This document shows, piece after piece, positions 37,061 to 49,212 of a stretch of DNA of 64,000 nucleotides. The stretch lies in contig NC_086097.1 of the NCBI RefSeq assembly GCF_963921235.1, positions 45,386,001 through 45,450,000 of the forward strand, in the 5' to 3' direction. The stretch is from Mobula hypostoma. Its lineage: Eukaryota. Both the position numbers and the translations under genes were made by a program. The first letter of the stretch is position 1, and each line of letters starts with the position of its first letter. The notes below the pieces were generated by a model, which was not told the origin of the DNA, did not search any database, and saw only the letters and a program-made list of their open reading frames with translations.

Positions 37061-39635
37061 GAGACAGAGACAATGGTAGTAGGATTGGACGCTGAGAAAG
37101 CTTTTGATTCGGTTAGTTGGGCATTCCTATACAGAGTGTTAGGAAGATTCGGCTTTCAAGAAAGGTTTATTAAAGTAATTCAGACTCTGTATGACAGCCC
37201 AACAGCCCGAATTAAGATAAATGGGGACCTCTCTGACTCCTTCATTTTAGAGAGAGGCACTAGACAAGGATGCCCAATTTCTCCTCTCCTTTTTGCGCTA
37301 TATATTGAACCACTTGCCCAACTAATAAGACAGAGCGAAATCGTAAAAGGTATCAAGGTGGCAGGGATTGAACAGAAAGTGGCGTTATTCGCAGACGATG
37401 TTTTGGTCTATCTGAGTGAACCAGAAAAATCATTTATAGGATTGTTTACACTGTTGGATGACTTTGGGAAAATATCAGGTTATAAAATAAATGTAAAGAA
37501 AACGCAGGTTATGTCCCTAAATTATACACCATCCAAAAAATTGCAGGATACATACGATCTTAAGTGGGAAGCTAAATCATTAAAATATTTAGGAATAACC
37601 CTGCCGAAGGATCTTTCAACACTGTCACAGGTAAATTATGGGCCATTAATCTCAGAGATAAAAGCAGATATGCATAGATGGAATCTTATCCCCTTTTTAA
37701 GTTTAAATTCAAGGATAAATACTATAAAAATGAATATTCTTCCTCGGTTATTATATCTTTTCCGTACTTTACCAGTGGAGGTGGATGATAATCAATTCAG
37801 GGAATGGGACAAATGGATTTCCCGCTTCATTTGGCAAGGAAGGAAACCTAGAATTCGATATAACACCTTAACAGTTAGGGAAGGAAAGAGGAGGTATGGT
37901 TCTTCCTTGCCTGAGAAATTATTTTTATGCCTCACAGATAACCCCTCTGTTATACTGGTGTAATAGGGAATATAAGGCTAGATGGAAGGAAATAGAATTT
38001 GGATTAGTTGACAGTTTTCCTCTTCAGGCCTCAATAGCTGACAAAGGATTGATGGCCCAGTTGGAAAAATTTAATAATGCTTGGATAAATCTTACATTAA
38101 AAGTATGGCAGAAGGTGGTTAATTCATGTGGAATTAATAACCTGCTAAAACTCTTTAGATGGTGTGCATATGATACCGAATTCCTTCCCAACAGAGGAGA
38201 TAAAAGATTTGAGCTATGGATAAAGAAAGGTCTTACAACCTACCTCTCATTTATAGATAAAAGAGTATTACAAAGTTTCCAAATCCTGCAGGACAAACAT
38301 GGCCTAGAACATAATGACTTTTTTAGGTACCTTCAAATACGAAACTATGTTAACCAGAGTTGTAGATATACAGACCTATCAACAGTAGAATTAGAATTTT
38401 TCAAGATTCTGAATTCGGCTTGCAGTTCAATACCTAGTAAATCAGTTTCTCGCCTATATAATGCACTCTCCCATGCTAAAAATGTAAATACACTGTATAT
38501 TAAAGAGAAGTGGGAGAAAGAAGCGGGGTTGGTACTTTCAGAGGAGGCTTGGGGGAAAATCTGCAGCTTTCAATGGTCCTCGACTAATTCTTTGACTTGG
38601 AGAGAACATTGTTGGAAAAACATTATAAGATACTTCAAGACCCCATATCAGGAAAAATATAAAGATACAAATGTGATGTGTTGGAGAAGGTGCGGCTCCA
38701 AGGAGGCAAATCATTTTCATATTTTCTGGGATTGCCCTAAATTAAGTCTATTTTGGGAAGGTATTAATAGAACGTTAGTTAAGGTACTTAGGTCCCAGAT
38801 ACCTCTGAACTTTGAGACGCTCTATTTGGGGCATGTATTGTTCCTTGAACAGAAGGAAGATATAAAGTTGCTGCAGGCCCTCTTAGCGGCAAGTAAGAAA
38901 TCAATCACTAGAAAATGGCTAAATCCAATACCACCTACATTAGAAGATTGGTACGAAATTATCTTGGAAATATTTAAAATGGAAAAGTTGACCTACTCCC
39001 TGAGAACTCAAAAAGAAACATTTTATCAAATCTGGAATAAATGGATTGAATATATAACCCCAATGCAAGCAGACTTTAGATGACTCTCCTAATGATTTAT
39101 ATTGCTCTTCTCATCAACACAGTAATATTGCTAACGTAAGCACCCCTAGTCTAAATGTTTGTTGTTTTTTTTTGGAAAATAGAGAATTAACACAAGTAAA
39201 GGGAAAGATTTGGGAAAGGGATAAAAAAAATGAAAAAATTAAGTAAATAAGTACATAGGGATTGGATAATTATGTCTGCGGGCAGGAACAAGCACGAACA
39301 AATTGGGATATAAACACCTACAATGGTTGGTATATAGACTTGTATGCAACATTTTGGACCAGTGGAAATGGTCCAGAAGGGTTGTATGGAAACTATTATT
39401 ACCATTTTTCTTAACAACTAATTTCATTACTTAGCCTAATAGGTTAGATTTACCACAGTACATAATTATCTATTTAAATGTTTATTTTGCTTTTATATCA
39501 TCTCAATGTGTACTTAAGAATGTATAAATAATTGTAGTTTTATACATATAAAAAAATGGAAAAGGTTATATGTGTGAAAAAAGTACATGATAATTGTGAA
39601 CTCCTTATCCAAATAAAAATAAAATTTAAAAAAAA
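37061..39635 (+). mobile_element. Young 5'-truncated L1-clade LINE: ORF2 RT + CCHC finger, 3' UTR, poly(A)
   Basis: LDAEKAFDSVSW, GTRQGCPISPLLF, LFADD, CWRRC...HIFWDC; one frameshift near 37870; AATAAA at 39612; TSD AGAAGTCACAATTTCAAC at 37043-37060 and 39636-39653. Confidence 0.95.
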
Positions 39636-39759
39636 AGAAGTCACAATTTCAACCCTTCCCCTCTTAGCACACTTTCTACGCTAATGTGGTGTTTCAGGCA
39701 CGTTTGAAATTCTGCTCCCATCCAACTCAATGTTTAACCCATACTTACATTTACCTTTC

Positions 39760-42023
39760 ACATTGATCTACTTCCAGTACTTGTGTGGCATGTGGCCAAG
39801 TGGTTAAGGCATCGGTCTAGTGATCTGAAGGTCACTAGTTCGAGCGTCAGCTGAGGCAGCATGTTGTGTCCTTGAACAAGGCACTTAACCACACATTGCT
39901 CTGCGATGACACCAGTGCCAAGCTGTATCAGCTCTAGTGCCCTTCCCTTGGACAACATCGATGGCACGGAGAGGGGAGACTTGCAGCATGGGCAACTGCC
40001 GGTCTTCCATACAACCTTGCCCGGGCCTCAGTCAACATCAAAATCGATGGACTGCCAAAGAAGAAGAAGACTTTCAGTACCGGATGGATGGTGGCCTTAA
40101 AATCACCACAGATCCTGACAGACCCATCCTTCTTGGTTACTGAGATCACTGGCAATGCTCATGTGCTCCAGTCAACCTCGGAAAGAAGTCCTTCAGCCTC
40201 CATGCAATCTACTGACTACTTTATCACAGATGGTATAAGGAACCTGACTGGCCTTGTAAAACTTGGGTGTGGCATTTTCATTTAACACTATTTTAGCCTT
40301 GATATGCATGAGTTTTCCAATGCCATCCTTGAGCACTGTGGTGGTATCATCCAATACCTTTCCTATTTTGCTTTCAGTTGACTCTGTTGCAGGGGACGTG
40401 GCGTGCAAATGGTGGATGGATCTCCAATCAAGTTGTAGTTGTTGTCTCAGCCAATCACGTCCCTACGATGCAGGTCCTTCAGTTTTTACCACATACAAGC
40501 CGAATGTGGCCTGCTGGTTGTTGTATTTCACTAAAAAAAATATAGTTCCCACAGGAGTTATCCTTTCTCCAGTATAAGTTCTTAGTTGGATATCTGCAGG
40601 CTTCAGTACAGTATATTTAAAATGCTGTTCAAAGTGGTTTTGTAGAATGACTGAAATAGCCGAGCCAGAGTCCAATTCGATTTTAATTAACTTGCTATTA
40701 ACTCCTGACGTTAGCCATATTGCTTGTCTAATGTAAATCTCACAGCTGCACAGTCCTGTGTCACTCATCATCAGGTTTTCCTCAACATCGTGCAGATTAC
40801 TGCTTTTTGAAATTGCAACTTATCTTTTTTTAAATCTTCTTCCCTTCTCTGTGCAATCCACTTATTTTTGTCTGCCAGACATGCTTTTTGTATGTGACCT
40901 ACTTTGCTGCAGTTTTTGCAAGTTCTGCTTTTAAACCTGCATTGGGCTGATGTACGTGAGCCCCTGCCACAATGGTAACACAATTTGTTTGGAGAGGCCA
41001 GTTTCTGTTTAGACATTGCAATTTTGTTCACGCTCACTTTCATTCCTGACTGCAACTCAATTGTGTCTCTGTCTGTGGTTTCCATAGGAACAGTGATTTC
41101 AACTTTTTTAAAAATGTAAGTTGTGCTTCAGTTGGCAAACATTTTTGAAAGCTTTCTTGTAAGATTCCACAAATTAAATGATCTCTTACTGTATCATTAA
41201 GCCCATTACCAAACTGACAATGCTCAGATGCTCTCTTGAATTCAGCCATATATGCTGAAATGAACTCCCCTTCCTTTTGATTCCATTTATGAAACCTGTC
41301 AATCAACAATGGCTTCAATTCTAAATGTTCCTGCATTGAAGATTCACAACATCAGCAAAGCTCGTTTCTGCTGGTTTGGTCAGAGCAATTAAATTTTGAA
41401 GCAAACTCAATGCACTCAGCAAAATTGGTACTTGTTTCTCATTGGCTATTTCATTTGCTTCAAAATACTGTTCAATTTGCTCAGTATATAAAGTCTTTTG
41501 TGTAATCAAACGTATCTATCTTTCTGATGTAGCCAGCGATTTCTGCTCTATTTTTAATGATTATTATCACCTGGTGCTCACTGTTTATGAACCTGTAAAT
41601 TCTTCTGTTTTCTGACTTTTTAAAAAATTCAATTGTGTCTTCCCCTCAAATAACACATTCTGTACTTCATTTTGTTACTCGACTGTCTCTCGCTGCAGCT
41701 GTTTTTAGTTCAGGTATCTCGTTGTGCTTCAACAGATTGGTAGCCATCTCAGGTTCATTTTAAAATACCCCATCACTATTCTTAGGTTTTGTAACTTCAA
41801 AACATTAAATTAATTCAAAGGAAGACACAGGAGTTCAAAATGTGTGTCTTACTTCAAGTTTACTTTAAGCGAGGTGCACACATATCATGTGGAAGAGTGA
41901 TGAAGTATGCAATTCACGTATTTATACATATAACCCGTAATGAATTATTTCAATGAAGAATGCTTAATCAACCATTATAAACACATGATTACTCAAGTAT
42001 TAATGAAATATTACATACACAGC
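39760..42023 (-). mobile_element. Ty3/Gypsy LTR retrotransposon, 5' half (probable LTR ~41780-42023, gag, protease, start of RT), decayed
   Basis: IEQYFEANEI (gag); CYHCG...CKNCSKVGHIQKAC (zinc knuckles); IELDSGSAISVI (protease); KKDGSVRICGDFK (RT). Confidence 0.9.
39781..40069 (+). mobile_element. tRNA-derived SINE with a CORE-like domain and (AAG)n tail
   Basis: A box TGGCCAAGTGG, B box GTTCGAG, TGTGTCCTTGAACAAGGCACTTAACC; TSD ACTTCCAGTAC/ACTTTCAGTAC at 39770-39780 and 40070-40080. Confidence 0.8.
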
Positions 42024-44449
42024 AATTAACTTATCTTGATTTATGTGTGGCATCAGAGGCAAGAGGCATAATAACAACAATATATGAAGTTGAATAACTT
42101 TATAAAGCTTTCTAACACAATGTATTGGTAACCTTCCTCAGCAGAAAGCATAAAGTCATACTGAGCTTTGATTTCATATTTGATGGCAACTTAAAGATGA
42201 CCAGGTATCCTTCCACATGTGACTTTGTCATTGGATTGTTATTCAAGTCACAGTACATCTGAATTCCAATGGCACATGCCAGCAAGAAGGACATTTTGGA
42301 GCACCATCACTTTTAGGTTCCCTTTAGGATTGTACTTCAGTCTGGCCGGGAATCATGTCAATGGTCCTTCAGCATCATAGGGTATAAATCCTGGAACTCC
42401 TTTACCTACAGTATTCTAGGAGTGTCTTCCCCAGAAGGATTGTAGGATTCAATCCATTACTTTGTTTTGACAGTTAGAGGTGCGCAGTCGATGTTGATCC
42501 ATTCTCTTAGACATAGTCACAAAAGACTTCCCTCACAAAGTAAAAAGTACTATGAAATGGATATTTGGAATTCCTTACCCAATTCTAGCATAATTTTGCA
42601 AAATCTAATCTGCTCTGTTTGGAAAATGTGATGCTATTTTCTAGGCTGATCGGGAGTCACTTTTGATAAAGCTATTTTAATAAGAAAAACTTCACCTCCA
42701 TTTACGTCACTGCAAAATGAAACATTCCTCAGCCATTTTACTTAAAGTAATCAATCATTGACAATTTTCTATAAATCATAAAGATATTAATTTGCTTTAT
42801 CTTGGATTTGCCTGAGCAAGAATAATAGGTACTGTGCTAAATTGACTTATTTAAGCAGAGCAGATCAAAAAGGAAAATATCTAGATTACCAAATTTATAA
42901 ATGTTTCTGTTACTTCTTTCACAATAATTGCCCTCATTCTTATACTCATGATAATTGGAAGTGTTGGTAAATGATCAGAATCTACAACACTAGCAACCCA
43001 CATATCGCCTCCCTAAAAATATTATTTTTTGACCTTTGCCTTCTTCATAACTATGTTTAGTTGGTGTTAAAATAGAGCCAGAACTGTTTGTACTACATGC
43101 AGAAACAACCAGAGTCTTAACATTTGTTTATATCTATTTAGTGGCTACTTTTTAAAAAAAAATTAAGGTGGCTTGATATATTACTAAGGTTATTAACATA
43201 AACCTGCCAGCAACCAACCAATAATCACTGCCAAATTCAATAATTGTTGTTCTTCTACTAAGTTCTGTCAGAAGGAGACTGGTACAAAAAAAAAAGTTCA
43301 TTGCCAACGTTGGCCCTGTGATGCCTACCCTGCTGTGAAACTGCATGAAGTTGCACATTTTAGAGGAGGCCTGTTCATTTAGATGGATTTAGATCCAAGC
43401 AGGAATACTGCTCCCCGAATGGTGCTAATGCAATCTGTTTGCTGTCCTTCTCCCTCCGCCATTGACCTCCCTACTTCTCGCTGTTTGTTCAGCCCTGCTT
43501 GTCCTTTTCTCCCAGTCACACGTCCTCACTAATGTTGCACCAAGTGTACTGTAATCACTCTTGAAAATTTGCAGGCACATGACTTAAGGGACACTCACAC
43601 TACCCGGACAATCAACATTAATAATCCCTATTTTTCACCATAAAACTCAATAGAGTATCAAATTTATTCTACAGAGTGCTCAATCTCTTCAAGTTTATGT
43701 CATCCCTTACAAACATCAATACGTTTTAAACCTAAATGTTCTTGCCCTGATTTATAAGTATATAATGCCTTGTTTCTGGAAGACAGCCAACTGCAGAGAG
43801 TATCCAGGCATGCCTAACTCTTAATATTATGTTTGGGGATAATTGTCCAAATGTGTAGAAGCAGCAGGGAACCTTGCTTATCAGTGCATATCAGTACCTC
43901 CCTGATAGGTTGGCATGAATTTGCAACAACATTGGTATTAGATGATGTTCCCCACATGTGGTACCTAATCTAATAATTATCCTTTTAATATTCCTGTTTG
44001 GCAGGTGTTAAACTGCGCAAAAAAAAATTCTGCCTGGATGAAGTCAAACATTGCAGCTATTAGTCTGAATAATGTGTACATACACCTTTAGTCCTTGTAC
44101 CCTGAGGAACAGGAATGCTTGATCTATTGCCCAGTATTACCTGAGCATATTTTCTCTGAGGTACAAATTCCCTCTGCGGATTTGCAGATCATCTTGCAAA
44201 TTGTCTTGTGTTTGCTATGCATCTAGGTAACTCAGCTTCTACATCGGGTAACTTAAAGATGCTCATGGCAGAAAGGCTAGCATTTACATATGCCAAGCAT
44301 TCCATGTAATTTTCAATACATGCTGCAGTGTTTTGCAGCTAATTAAATATTTTATAAGTGTAGTCATAATTATAAACTAGGGAAAGTGGCTACAATTTGG
44401 GCACAGCTATATTTACTCCACTTCAATGGTAACATCAAACTGTGAGAAT

Positions 44450-44570
44450 AAAAATGACCACGGTTTAATTGCTTATCTTAAAAACAGCTCCAACAGCACT
44501 AGATTGGAGTGGCAGCCAAAATCTTTAGCTAGAGTGGGACTTAATTCCACAACCTGTGACTCAGAGGAAA
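44450..44570 (-). mobile_element. Ancient DeuSINE-like remnant
   Basis: GAGTGGGACTTAATTCCACAACCTGTGACTCAGAGG head plus Deu-domain-like sequence; recognised from memory of the consensus only. Confidence 0.45.
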
Positions 44571-45262
44571 TGATCAAATTGAATTTTGTACTGAAATATT
44601 TACATAAATTGGTTGGCATTTTTAGCAGTGCTTTGCTTGTATATTAATACTGCCAGGGCCATTGAGTTAAGACCATAAGACAGAGGACATATGAGCAGAA
44701 TTTGGCCATTCAGCCCACTGAATCTGTTCAGACCAGGGTGACACAGACTGAATGCAAAGCCTGTGGATTTATGGAAAAGGCTATCTGCGGGAATTATAGT
44801 ACTATGTCTTCTGAGCTTCTGCTGTTATCTCACATCAGCAACTATTCTGTACTGTCACAACCATGGATTTTGCTGTAGAGTCCATCTGCCCTGCAGGCCA
44901 GTTGCACTGCAGGTTCAACAATTGTGCTTGTGAATATGCACATTCCAGCTAATCACTGTTTCATTATAGCGGTATTAAACTCTCTTCTTTTCATTATAAT
45001 GTTGTCGAGATTTGACCAAAAATAACAGCATTTTTACGCTCCCTCTTACCTTTGTGCTTGTTCAGGAAAGAGGCCCACCATTTTGACTGAAGCTGGAAAG
45101 GAACAGTTTTTCATTTAGTGTTTAGTATTGCTTTCAGCCACAGTGTTGGCATTCAACTTTCAGTTTGAGAATTCTAGTTAATGGCCCTGTTGTCCAAGCA
45201 TTTATAGCTTTCCTTTTCCTTTAAATCCTGCTACAGTTCTCATTTAGGTTAGTGAACTGTTG

Positions 45263-45344
45263 ATGTGTGTGTGTGTGTGTGGATGTGGATGTGTGTGTGT
45301 GGATGTGGATGTGTGTGTGTGGATGTGGATGAGGATATGTGTTG

Positions 45345-45384
<40 letters not shown>

Positions 45385-45392
45385 CTCTCTCT
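45263..45392. repeat. (GT)n/(GGATGT)n/(CT)n compound microsatellite
   Basis: Seen directly. Confidence 0.95.
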
Positions 45393-45804
45393 CCCTCACT
45401 CTCTCCCCTTACCCCCCACTCCGCCGGCCATATCTGAAAGCTCTGACACACATTGGCCTGAAAGCGGAGGCATTCAGAGCCCTTATACTTTACCTTGCTT
45501 TGTGGAGAAATGAGTTTCTGCCCAAGCTGCAAGGATGGAGTTTTCACGAGCACCTTAATCCCACAGAGAGAAAAGAAAAGGAGCTGATACAAGTTTAGTC
45601 TTCCCTTTCGTGCTTATTATTCTGTCTGATAACACTCCTATGAAGTACTTGGGCTTATTTTAATACATTAGTCAAGTGATACAAATACTACTTGTTGTAC
45701 AACAAGTGTTCCCTTAACCTTTGCTTTACTCTAATTTCAGATTGAGTATTCCATCCAGAATACAGAGCTAAGCATGCCAGGCTTGTTTGCTTTGTTAGGT
45801 ACTT

Positions 45805-46047
45805 TTCCTTCTTAAGCACATCACCCCTACTGGGTCATACGTTGGCAGCAGCTCGCCAGAGTCCTCTGTCCTTGGTCAGTCTTTCAGTCTTTCCAGGTGC
45901 AGCTCATTGACGATCCTTCCTCTCCCAGGGATGAGACCTTTGAAGCTTCTGTTGCCGTTTCTGTAGCAGAGGGTTTTTATGGGATGGGCTTGCTAGCCAC
46001 ATGCCAACTCTCCTCCATTCGCAGCAGGGCTTTGGACCGTCCATGAC
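45805..46047 (-). mobile_element. Short non-autonomous RTE-derived element
   Basis: RTE-like 3' end (GGACAGAGGACTCTGGCGAGCTGC) fused to an RTE 5'-UTR-like motif (TTGGCATGTGGCTAGCAAGCCC). Confidence 0.45.
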
Positions 46048-46439
46048 AGAATTTTGTTAGGCACGAGATAATTAAAAATAACTACACTTTGATAGACACA
46101 TTCATAATAAGCCACATTTTTGGCATCTGAAGTAATAATTGACACTTTAACCAATACATTTCCAAATCTTTCACTATAGCTATACATTTGTAATGATATC
46201 AAAAGAAGCTTTTATGAGGCATTTCATTTTTATTCAAACATGTGATGGAGGGCATTGTTGGGCAGGGCAACATTTATTGTACATCCCCAACTAGCCTTGA
46301 GGAAATAGAAGACATTCACCCTGAACTGCAGCAGTGCCAAGAGTGAAAGTAGCCTTGTGATGCTGTTAAGTTGGCAGTTCCGGTATGTTAAACTTAGTAA
46401 CAACAAAGCAAGAATATTTTATCAGCAAGTAAGAATCTT

Positions 46440-46639
46440 TGATGTTGTTCCTTTCCATGCCTTGGCAAGTATCAGGCAGAAAACTTGCTGTTTCTTTAGC
46501 ATTTTTGTTTGTTTTTTTGTGTTGCTAGTTCGACACTCAACCCAGCATGGATGGAAAGCATGCAAGGAGCCAGCTAGGTTCAAGCCCAGGATCACTCACC
46601 TCAAAGTCTGGTGCAGATGCCACTACACCACCGGCCGGC
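46440..46639 (-). mobile_element. tRNA-derived SINE inserted in an ancient LINE remnant
   Basis: Minus-strand head GCCGGCCGGTGGTGTAGTGG...GGGCTTGAACC. Confidence 0.55.
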
Positions 46640-47647
46640 AGGAATCTTTGGAAATTGGAGGGAAGACCTGAAGGTAGTGGATCCCCCATGCAGTTTCTGC
46701 TCTTGGTGTTCTATCTGGAAAATGACATCAATTTGGAAAGTACTGTATATGAATCCTTCACAAACTGCTGTACAGCATACACAACAGGCACAGTCCACGT
46801 TTGGTAGAGAGAAGAAATGTGATGGTGGTGCCAACCAAGAAAGCTGCTTTGTTGTGAATAGTGTCGAGTTTGAGTATTGTTCAGGCTCTACTCCTCCAGA
46901 CAACTGTATTTTAAAACAGTTCTGACTTGTGCCCTGCAAACTGTACAAAGGCTTGGGGAATAAGGGGGTGTATCCTTCACCACATATGCCCCGTCTGTCC
47001 CGATAGCATCTGTAGTAGCCTGATTGTTCCAGACGAGTGCCTGGATAATGCTCATACACAGGATGGTTGTGGTGTGTTATTCAATTATAAGACCATATAG
47101 CATCGCAGCAGAATTAGGCCATTTGGCTCGTTGAGTCTGCTCCACCATCCCATCATGCCTTATCATTCCTCTCAACCCATTCTCCTGCCTTCTCCCCATA
47201 ACCTCTGATGCCCTGACTAATGAAGAATGTATCAACTTTTCTTTAAATATATCCAATGACTTGACCCCCCACAGCCACCTGTGGAACTAAATTTCACAGA
47301 TTCTCTACACTCTGTCTAAAGAAATTCCTCCTCCTCTCTGTTTTAAATGGACATCCTTTTATTCTGAGAGTGTTCCCTCTAGTCCTGGATTCCCCCACAT
47401 CCACTCTGTCTAGGCCTTTTAATATTCGATAGGTTTCAATGAGATCCCTTCCCCCCCCCCAAATTCTTCTAAACTCCAGCAAGTGTAGGCCCAGAGCCAT
47501 CAAATGCTCCTCATACATTAAGCCTATCATTCCCAGAATCATTATTGTGAACTTCCTTTGCACATAATTTCTTAAAGGGGCCCAAAGCTGCTCAGAGTAT
47601 TTCAAGTGCAGTCTGAACAATGCCTTAAAAAACCTTAGCATTACATC

Positions 47648-47912
47648 AACATACATCAAAGTTGCTGGTGAACGCAGCAGGCCAAGCAGCATCTATAGGA
47701 AGAGGCGCAGTCGACGTTTCAGGCCAAGACCCTTCGTCAGGACTAACTGAAGGAAATCCCTTACTCACTCTTCCTTCAGTTAGTCCTGACGAAGGGTCTC
47801 GGCCTGAAATGTCGACTGCGCCTCTTCCTATAGATGCTGCTTGGCCTGCTGCGTTCACCAGCAACTTTGATGTATGTTGCTTGAATTTCCAGCATCTGCA
47901 GAATTCCTGTTG
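47648..47912. mobile_element. 265-bp hairpin mini-PLE with two opposed hammerhead motifs (47708-47749 minus; 47777-47818 plus)
   Basis: ~110-bp near-perfect inverted arms; TSD TTAGCATTACATC at 47635-47647 and 47913-47925. Confidence 0.93.
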
Positions 47913-49212
47913 TTAGCATTACATCCTTGGTTTTATATTCTAGTCCTCTCAAAATGAATGCTAACGTTGTATTTGCCTTCCTTATTACTGACTCTCCCTG
48001 CACAAGGACTTCTAAGTTTCTTTGCACCTTTGATGTTTCAATTTTCTCCCCATTTAGAAAATAGTATGTCTTTATTTCTTCTACCAAACTGCGTGACCAT
48101 TCTCTTTCCTACACTATATTCCATCTCTGCAGACACACTGATTCCTCAACACCACCTGCCAATCCACCCATCTTCCTATTGTCTGCAAGTTTGCCCATAA
48201 GGCCATCAATTCCATTATCCAAATCATTAACATATAACGTGAAAAGAAGTGGTCCCTACACTGACCCCTATGGAACACTATTGGTCACTGCGAGCCAACC
48301 AGAAAAGGCCCTTTAGTCAGCCGATTTCTATCCTTGCTAGTATATTTTCTGTAATACCATATGCCCAAGAGCTCCTATCTTGTTAAGCAGCCTTATCTGT
48401 GGCAGCTTGTCAAAGCCCTTCTGAAAATCCAAGCACAAACATCCACTGACTCTCCTTTGCCTATCTTGCTTGTTATTTCCTCAAAGAATGCTAACAAATT
48501 TGTCAAGCAAGATTTCCCTTTAAAGAAACCATGCTGACTTTAGCCTATTTTATCAAGTGCCTCTGCACCCTGAAACCTTATCCTTAATAATAGATTCCAA
48601 CATCTTCGCAACCACTGATGTCAGGATAACTGGCCTATAGTTTCTTTTTTTCTGCCTCCCTCTCTTCTTAAAGAGTGGAGCGACATTTACAACAGAAACA
48701 ATTACAGAATTTAATGATTCTTGAAATATCATGAATAATGCCTCCACACTCTCTCCAGCTACCTCTTTTAGAACCCTGGGGTGTAGTCCATCTGCTCCAG
48801 GTGACTTATCTACCTTCAGACCTTTCAGATTCCAAAGCACATTCTCCTTAGTAATAGCATCTACACTCACTTCTGTCCCCTAACACTCTCGAATTTCTGG
48901 CACAGTGCTAGTGTCTTCCACAGTGAAGACTGACACAAAATACTCATTAAGATTATTCGTCATTTCTTTGTCCACATTACTATCACTTCAGTATTATTTT
49001 CCAGTGGTCTGATATCCACTCTCATCTCGCTTTTACTCATATATCTGAGAAAACTTTTGGTTCTTCTTTTACATTATTGGTTAGCTTACCTCCATATTTC
49101 ATCTTTTCTCTCTTTGTGGCTTTTCAGTTGCCTTATTTTGGTTTTTAAAAGCTTCCCAATTCTCTAACTCCCCACTTATTTTTGCTCTATTATATGCATT
49201 CTCTTTTGATTT

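Noticed and set aside
36998..39083. Two-gene RT system (321 aa + 395 aa), for example a retron or DGR
   Set aside because: It is one L1 ORF2 broken by a frameshift; the first ~21 codons are flanking DNA and TSD
39784..39860. Functional tRNA gene
   Set aside because: No full cloverleaf; it continues into a SINE body with tail and TSD
45221..45598. His/Thr- or Cys/Val-rich ORFs
   Set aside because: Microsatellite translation artefacts; the same applies to 2618-2824
46601..47059. 152-aa minus-strand ORF
   Set aside because: Overlaps SINE and ancient LINE remnants and has no recognisable domain
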